From: Candidatus Latescibacterota bacterium
Lineage (GTDB): Bacteria > Latescibacterota > UBA2968
Assembly (NCBI GenBank): GCA_965204375.1
Contig: OZ241986.1
Coordinates: 4,000,001-4,064,000, forward strand
Direction: 5' to 3'
Length of the DNA: 64,000 nt
Part shown: piece by piece, positions 58,381 to 64,000 of the stretch
Layout: every line of letters starts with the position of its first letter
How positions within the stretch are numbered: position 1 is the stretch's first letter
The notes under the pieces: generated by a model
The model's database searches: none
Seen by the model: the letters and a program-made list of their open reading frames with translations, nothing else
What the model was told of the DNA's origin: nothing
Program-made: the position numbers and the translations under genes

Positions 58381-58581
58381 TTTGTCTGAGTTCACCTGAC
58401 AGCTCCTGAGAGAGGTCGAAGCAAGATCTGAGTTGCCTGTGAGGAGAGCGGCGTGCGTCCACTACCAACCGCTACTTCCATCTCGACGACGCGGCCCTGA
58501 GCCGCGCTGCTGAGCGTGTGACGGTGGCAATTCAGGGGAAACTCTGCCAACGCTGGACGTAAGCATCGAGGAGCGCACATT

Positions 58582-59847
58582 GTGAGCCATCTTGCGGATT
58601 CATTTAGAGGAAAATTGCTTCTCCTAATTCTTGATAAGTTCGTTATCGGAGCGATAATCGCGTTGGCTTTCGTCTGCTATGAGCGTTACAAGACAGAAGA
58701 AACGAGGAAGTATGAAGAGAAGCGCTCCGAAATTCAATTGCAGTTCGAGAGAGCGAGATTGCTCAAAGAGTTTCTGCCGATTATTCAAAATTCGGACACA
58801 AATCCTGTCACGAGTAGCTATCTTCTCCATTCCGCAATTCTCACAAACTCTCTGAATGCAGACGCTGCCTTTGATATCGGCCGCGACTTCCTGTATGGCA
58901 AACTATCGGAGAACCGCTACAAAGAAATTGTATCAGCGACTCTTCCGGAAAGCATAGGTGCTTTCGCCAGACGTGGAGTGCAGATAGCAAAGGAGTGGCA
59001 CTCCGCCTTGGGCAGCTTTCCTCATCTAGACGCTAGTTTTAATCCGTTGTCTGGCATTGAGGATTTGCCAAAGGAGGCATCATCAATCATAAAGGAAGCA
59101 AGGTTATACAGAGACTTATTATACGACAATCTTACTGCATTTGATAATTTCGAATCTCTTGAGCTTTTGCAAGAGGACCAAATCCGAGATAACCTGTTTG
59201 GTCTGTTTGTATTGTTGCAGACATCCGACTTCCAGAAAGCTCGTAAGCTTTCCCAGAGACCCGAGAATGTTCTACAATTGCTCGGTATGATCGTTCGTCT
59301 TTGGCAAAGAGGTGGCAAAGATCAGGAAGCGGAAAGCTACTTAGAAGCTCAGTTTGAAGAAGCAGGCAAGTCAAAAGAACGACTCCATCGTGCAATGGTT
59401 CTAGTGGCACTATTGCGTTGGATTTCGGCTAAAGAGGACGGGCTTAAGTCTTCCGCTTTCGCGAGAATCCTGGGAAAGATAGCAGTAGGAAGTTTGCCTC
59501 AAATTGGCATCACTGCCGCCGAAGGAGGCAGTGTCTACTGGTTACGGTGGAACGCTGCCGAAGCGCTTTACCTAGCTAAAGATCAGGCGGCTAACTCAGT
59601 GCCTATAATTGTTCAATTTCTTGAGTCTTTCCGTGATCGTTTGGCGATGGCGGAAAGCCGGGATCAGCTTCGGGAAGTCTCCAATAGATACCACTCAGGA
59701 AAGATTGTGAGAGTTCTTATCTCTGTTTTGGGTAACGTTCCGACAAATGAAGCGAAACGAACACTGCAAGTGTTGCTTAAATTGGAGGATGATCGGCTCA
59801 GGCATTTTCCCCTTCTCAAAGAGAACTTACAGCACGCACTTGAATGA
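58582..59847 (+). CDS. Hypothetical protein, N-terminal TM, helical (HEAT-like) C-terminus
   Basis: 421-aa ORF, GAGGAG RBS, GTG start. Confidence 0.65.
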   Translation: MSHLADSFRGKLLLLILDKFVIGAIIALAFVCYERYKTEETRKYEEKRSEIQLQFERARLLKEFLPIIQNSDTNPVTSSYLLHSAILTNSLNADAAFDIGRDFLYGKLSENRYKEIVSATLPESIGAFARRGVQIAKEWHSALGSFPHLDASFNPLSGIEDLPKEASSIIKEARLYRDLLYDNLTAFDNFESLELLQEDQIRDNLFGLFVLLQTSDFQKARKLSQRPENVLQLLGMIVRLWQRGGKDQEAESYLEAQFEEAGKSKERLHRAMVLVALLRWISAKEDGLKSSAFARILGKIAVGSLPQIGITAAEGGSVYWLRWNAAEALYLAKDQAANSVPIIVQFLESFRDRLAMAESRDQLREVSNRYHSGKIVRVLISVLGNVPTNEAKRTLQVLLKLEDDRLRHFPLLKENLQHALE

Positions 59848-60170
59848 AGAATGACAACCGAACGCGTTACGATGTGACATACGGCTAAGTAGTCCTTCAA
59901 ATAAGACCGTTTACGTAAACAAAGGGAAGTCCGTAGGTCAGATTCACAGAAAGGCTAGCTACAGGCGATATGAAGTCCCTCAATCAATGCCACGGAGCAT
60001 CAAGGAACTTACTTGAAAGACCAATGAGATTGCGTGCTTTCGAAAATTTGGATTGGGCCATAGCATAAGGATGTTATGGCTTTTTGGTTTAAAGCAGTTT
60101 GGATGCCTGTCTCTTTCTTATGATCAAACGATTCGAGGTCAAACTATAAAGCGTTAAAAAGGTAAAAAAA

Positions 60171-61358
60171 ATGATATTTCGCATATTGATATGCACAGTC
60201 GCATTACTCTCTGCGAGCGGTGCCATGGCCGACCCTTCCAAAATTGACTTTTGGAATACACAACGCAAAGGCGCCAATCAACAAAATGCACAACACCGTC
60301 CCGAATGGTACGTTGCCGCAGGAGAATTAGGATTGGATTATGTGCGAATCTTGCCCGATGCATGGCCCGCCGAAGGCAGGGACTTCCTGATAGGCAATGC
60401 GGACAACTTCGAGGCAATCAACGAAACCGATCTATCCCTATTGATCAAGGCACTCGACGAAGCCGAACGCAACGGGATCAAAGTCGTCCTTACAATGGTC
60501 AGCTTACCCGGCGCGCGCTGGAAGCAACTGAACAATGACCGGGACGATGCGCGGCTCTGGAAAGACAAAAAATATCATCTCCAGGCATTCGAGTTCTGGC
60601 GCCAACTCGCCGCACGCCTGAAAACACACCCCGCCATCGTAGCTTACAATCCCCTCAATGAACCACACCCGGACAAGGCATTCGGCTTTGACGCGCCAGA
60701 CGAAAACTTCGCCCAGTGGTTCAAACGCATCCAGAACACGCCGGCCGACCTCAACCAATTCAACCGGGAAATGGTCAAAGCAATCCGTTCCGTAGATACA
60801 CACACACCCATCATCCTCGATGGCTGGTTCTATGCATCTCCCCAGGCATTCGTATACAATCGACCCGTTGATGATGACAAGGTCTTATACGCCTTCCACA
60901 ATCCCGGTCCCTGGCAAATGGTAACCTATCGCGTCAATCAGGGCAGGTACGCCTATCCGGACCGCGTGCCCAAATCGTGGAACGGACCAACGGAATCCTG
61001 GACCATTGATCGCCTTGCACGGGAAATGCAGACGGTACAAAAATTTTCCGAACGATACGATATACCACCACACCGAATAATCGCTTCAGAATTCTGGTAC
61101 GACCGTCGCCTTGAAGGCGCGGCAGCATATATGGCCGACCTCATCGAAATCTATAACCAGCGCGGCTGGCACTGGGCTTTTTACGCATATCGCGGCAGCG
61201 GCACATGGACGGGACTCGATTACGAAATCGCGCCAGGACAAAAAATGGGATGGCGTTATTGGCAGGCCATCGAACAGGGCAAAGACCCCGAACCTCTCAA
61301 ACCGAGAGGACCGAACCCATTGTGGGAAATACTGCAGCGGCAGTTTGAAAAAAAATAA
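60171..61358 (+). CDS. Secreted glycoside hydrolase family 5
   Basis: Signal peptide; acid/base NPLNEP; YAFH; nucleophile IASEF; HWAFY. Confidence 0.88.
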   Translation: MIFRILICTVALLSASGAMADPSKIDFWNTQRKGANQQNAQHRPEWYVAAGELGLDYVRILPDAWPAEGRDFLIGNADNFEAINETDLSLLIKALDEAERNGIKVVLTMVSLPGARWKQLNNDRDDARLWKDKKYHLQAFEFWRQLAARLKTHPAIVAYNPLNEPHPDKAFGFDAPDENFAQWFKRIQNTPADLNQFNREMVKAIRSVDTHTPIILDGWFYASPQAFVYNRPVDDDKVLYAFHNPGPWQMVTYRVNQGRYAYPDRVPKSWNGPTESWTIDRLAREMQTVQKFSERYDIPPHRIIASEFWYDRRLEGAAAYMADLIEIYNQRGWHWAFYAYRGSGTWTGLDYEIAPGQKMGWRYWQAIEQGKDPEPLKPRGPNPLWEILQRQFEKK

Positions 61359-61426
61359 AAAAGATTTAAATTGGTAGAAGAAAGTACTGCGTAATATCAA
61401 TTTTTAATTCGCATTCTCAGGAGGTC

Positions 61427-62209
61427 TTGATGTCATTGTTTTCACTTGAAGGTCGCGTCGCCATAGTCACCGGAGCGGGGCGCGGTATTGGACGTGGTAT
61501 TGCAGAGGGGTTGGCTGCACAGGGCGCGAAAATCGTATGTGCTGCGCGCACGCGGTCTCAATTAGACGAAGTCGTAGCCGCAATACGGGAGGCGGGAGGC
61601 GACGCGCTCGCTTATGAAATGGACATGAAAGACCTGGACTCCGTACGCGGCGGCGCCGATACAGCACTTGAAACATACGGACAAATCGATATCCTCGTCA
61701 ACAACGCGGGCATGAACATACGCGAGCCATTTGAAGACGTAACAGAAGAACACTACGACGAAATCATGGCCGTCAACCTGAAGGGCCTCTACTTCTTAAC
61801 ACAGACCGTCGTCAAACACATGATCTCGCGCAAACAGGGCAAAATCATCCACATCGGCTCATTGACAACCGACTGGTCCTTGTCGCAAATCTCGGTCTAT
61901 ACCGCCACCAAAGGCGCCGTTGGGCAACTCGCCAAAGCCCAGGCATTAGAACTCGGCGAGCACAACATCCAGGTCAACACAATATGTCCGGGCTTTGTGG
62001 TCACGCCATTGACCGAGCGACTCTGGGAAGATGATACAATGCGCGAATGGGCCGAATCCCGTCTGCCCATAAAACGCCTGGCAACACCTGAAGACCTGGC
62101 AGGCACCGCCGTATTCCTCGCCGCGCCTGCATCGGATTACGTCACCGGACAATCCATCTACGTAGATGGCGGCTTCATGGCTGGCGAAGCCTGGCCCTTG
62201 CCTGAGTAA
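61427..62209 (+). CDS. SDR oxidoreductase (gluconate 5-dehydrogenase-like)
   Basis: TGAGRGIG, NNAG, YTATK. Confidence 0.93.
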   Translation: MMSLFSLEGRVAIVTGAGRGIGRGIAEGLAAQGAKIVCAARTRSQLDEVVAAIREAGGDALAYEMDMKDLDSVRGGADTALETYGQIDILVNNAGMNIREPFEDVTEEHYDEIMAVNLKGLYFLTQTVVKHMISRKQGKIIHIGSLTTDWSLSQISVYTATKGAVGQLAKAQALELGEHNIQVNTICPGFVVTPLTERLWEDDTMREWAESRLPIKRLATPEDLAGTAVFLAAPASDYVTGQSIYVDGGFMAGEAWPLPE

Positions 62210-62220
62210 GGGAGAGAACA

Positions 62221-63216
62221 ATGGCACAATATGACATTCAACAAGAAAACTTTCACGGACACGCGCTCTACGTATTGCGGGATATTGAAGCTGGCCAGGA
62301 AGCCCGTATCCTGCCCTCGGTCGGCAACAATTGTATCTCCTACAAAATCCCAAAAGATGACGGACTATTGGAACTGATTTACTCCCCGCCCGACCCCGAC
62401 ACCCTGAAAGGCCGCGCAAGCGGATACGGCACCCCCATATTATACCCCTGGCCCAACCGCATAGATAGCGGTAAATTCACATTTGACGGCGCAGAATACC
62501 AGCTCCAAACCCCTGCCCCGGGCGAACACGCCTCTCACGGCTACGTCCACGAACGTCCCTGGCGCGTAGTCGAATCCGGCACCTCAGAAGGCGCCTGGAT
62601 AACCAGCGTCTTCACATCAACAGACTTCCCGGAAATCGGCGCACACTTTCCCTTCCCCTTTGAAGCGCGGGTAACATATCGGCTAAAAGACGGCGTATTA
62701 TCCCTCGAATTTGAAGGCACCAACGTGGGCGACAGCGACATGCCCGTCGGCCTGGGCATCCACCCCTATTTCCCCCTACCACTCACTGAAAAAGGCAACC
62801 GGGATCTGTGTACCGTGCGCATGCCCGCATCGACCTACTGGCCCTTGCGCGACGACCCCATTCCCACAGGAGAAATACTACCCGTTGACGGCACGGTATT
62901 TGACGTACGCGAAAACACCCCCTTGAAAGACCGGTATTACGACAACGTCTGGTCCGGCGTATCTACAGCCGACGGATGGAGCAGATGTGAATACACCGAT
63001 CCAACCGAAAGTGTCACCATCGCAATGGAAGCCAATGACGCATTCCGCGAACTCGTACTCTACGCCCCCGACACTCGTCCCATCGTATGCTTTGAACCCT
63101 ACACCTGCGTCACCAACGCCTTCAACCTGCAAAACCAGGGCATCGACGCGGGCCTGATACGCCTCCGACCCGGCGAAAAGCTAACTGGAATAATGAAAAT
63201 TATTGGAGAAGCATGA
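62221..63216 (+). CDS. Aldose 1-epimerase family protein
   Basis: PILYPWPNRI, SHG, GIHPYF, CFEPYT. Confidence 0.9.
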   Translation: MAQYDIQQENFHGHALYVLRDIEAGQEARILPSVGNNCISYKIPKDDGLLELIYSPPDPDTLKGRASGYGTPILYPWPNRIDSGKFTFDGAEYQLQTPAPGEHASHGYVHERPWRVVESGTSEGAWITSVFTSTDFPEIGAHFPFPFEARVTYRLKDGVLSLEFEGTNVGDSDMPVGLGIHPYFPLPLTEKGNRDLCTVRMPASTYWPLRDDPIPTGEILPVDGTVFDVRENTPLKDRYYDNVWSGVSTADGWSRCEYTDPTESVTIAMEANDAFRELVLYAPDTRPIVCFEPYTCVTNAFNLQNQGIDAGLIRLRPGEKLTGIMKIIGEA

Positions 63217-63806
63217 CCGACCGATTACAACAACAAATTGAATTTCTCCTCGAAATCGATAAACTCAAACAAATCATTCGGCAAACCTATTTGCTCGACG
63301 AAACGCGAAAAGAAAACGACGCCGAACACTCGTGGCATTTTGCCATGTTCGCACTCATCCTCGCGGAATACGCGCCCGAACCAGTGGATATCCTGAAAGT
63401 AATCAAAATGGCGCTGGTACACGACCTCGTGGAAATCGACGCGGGCGACACCTTTCTCTACGACGAATCCGGCAATGCCGACAAAGCCGAACGCGAAGCA
63501 AAAGCCGCCGACCGCATCTTTGCACTCTTGCCTGCAGAACAGGGCGCAGAAATACGCGCATTGTGGGAAGAATTTGAAGCAAAAGAAACGCCCGAATCAA
63601 AATTCGCGGGCGCGCTGGACCGATTCCAACCCTTTTTGCACAATTGCAATACTCAGGGACGCGCCTGGAAAGAGCACGGAATCACCGCCGACCGCGTCTT
63701 GCAAAGCAACAGCCACATCTCAATCGGCGCGCCCATTCTATGGAACCGCGTGCAAGAACTGGTTGATGAAATGGTCGCTGAAGGATATATTGAGGATAAG
63801 AAATAG
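63213..63806 (+). CDS. HD-domain phosphohydrolase (YfbR/HDDC2-like)
   Basis: RKENDAEHSWH, LVHDLVEIDAGD, LWEEFE, LDRFQP. Confidence 0.9.
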   Translation: MTDRLQQQIEFLLEIDKLKQIIRQTYLLDETRKENDAEHSWHFAMFALILAEYAPEPVDILKVIKMALVHDLVEIDAGDTFLYDESGNADKAEREAKAADRIFALLPAEQGAEIRALWEEFEAKETPESKFAGALDRFQPFLHNCNTQGRAWKEHGITADRVLQSNSHISIGAPILWNRVQELVDEMVAEGYIEDKK

Positions 63807-63818
63807 AGGAACGAAGTA

Positions 63819-64000
63819 ATGAACAAGCCAATAAAAACAGAAGCAGATTACAAAGCCGCCCTCGCGCGTGCAGACGAGATTTTTGATGCAAAACCGGGAA
63901 CACCAGAGGGTGAAGAGTTGGAATCACTCGTTACTTTGATCGAGCATTACGAAGATACAGCCTATCCAATTGACAAGCCCGATCCAATTACAGCCATCAA
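63819..64000 (+). CDS. HigA-like antitoxin/HTH regulator, truncated by window edge
   Basis: Manual translation MNKPIKTEADYKAALARADEIFDAKPGTPEGEELESLVTLIEHYED..YPIDKPDPITAI. Confidence 0.8.
   Translation, partial: MNKPIKTEADYKAALARADEIFDAKPGTPEGEELESLVTLIEHYEDTAYPIDKPDPITAI

Noticed and set aside
58540-59870. Possible integron gene cassette around the 421-aa orphan (GCTGGACGTAAGC before, ACCGAAC after)
   Set aside because: Only weak attC-like half sites, with no full attC hairpin and no integrase in the window.
1-64000. CRISPR array, tRNA or rRNA genes
   Set aside because: No regularly spaced repeats with unique spacers and no recognisable structural RNA gene seen by eye; a covariance-model scan was not possible.
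63819-64000. Orphan antitoxin without an upstream toxin
   Set aside because: Truncated by the window edge, so the context cannot be judged; solo HigA-like genes are common.

Overview
Bacterial genomic window of roughly average GC. Gene content and repeat style suggest an uncultured diderm lineage, possibly Latescibacterota/Gemmatimonadota-like (inference only). Housekeeping and metabolic genes (M42 peptidase, ABC transporters, ychF, rel, glgP, a frameshift-split double-length uvrA, GH5, SDR, aldose epimerase) are interrupted by three accessory regions. (1) 8.6-14.0 kb: a hot spot after ychF with a complete IS1380, a PD-(D/E)XK nuclease and an intact tnpB element. (2) 18.4-33.4 kb: a candidate secreted-peptide system. 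It has a sigma54 promoter, a 180-aa acidic precursor with a near-perfect double-glycine leader, a C39-peptidase ABC exporter fused in frame to an HlyD adaptor, a parvulin, a TPR lipoprotein, and a duplicated module of exported M16 peptidase pairs plus Cys-rich membrane proteins. (3) 45.4-59.8 kb: a defence-like island. It holds an IS1595-derived element carrying an R-M pair, a Panacea antitoxin with a broken toxin, an HTH/IrrE-associated ubiquitin-like operon (Ubl, E2-E1 fusion, DUF6527-like), IS256, a herA-nurA-methyltransferase operon and an IS630 remnant. No rRNA, tRNA or CRISPR array was seen. All family calls come from motif recognition by eye, not database searches.
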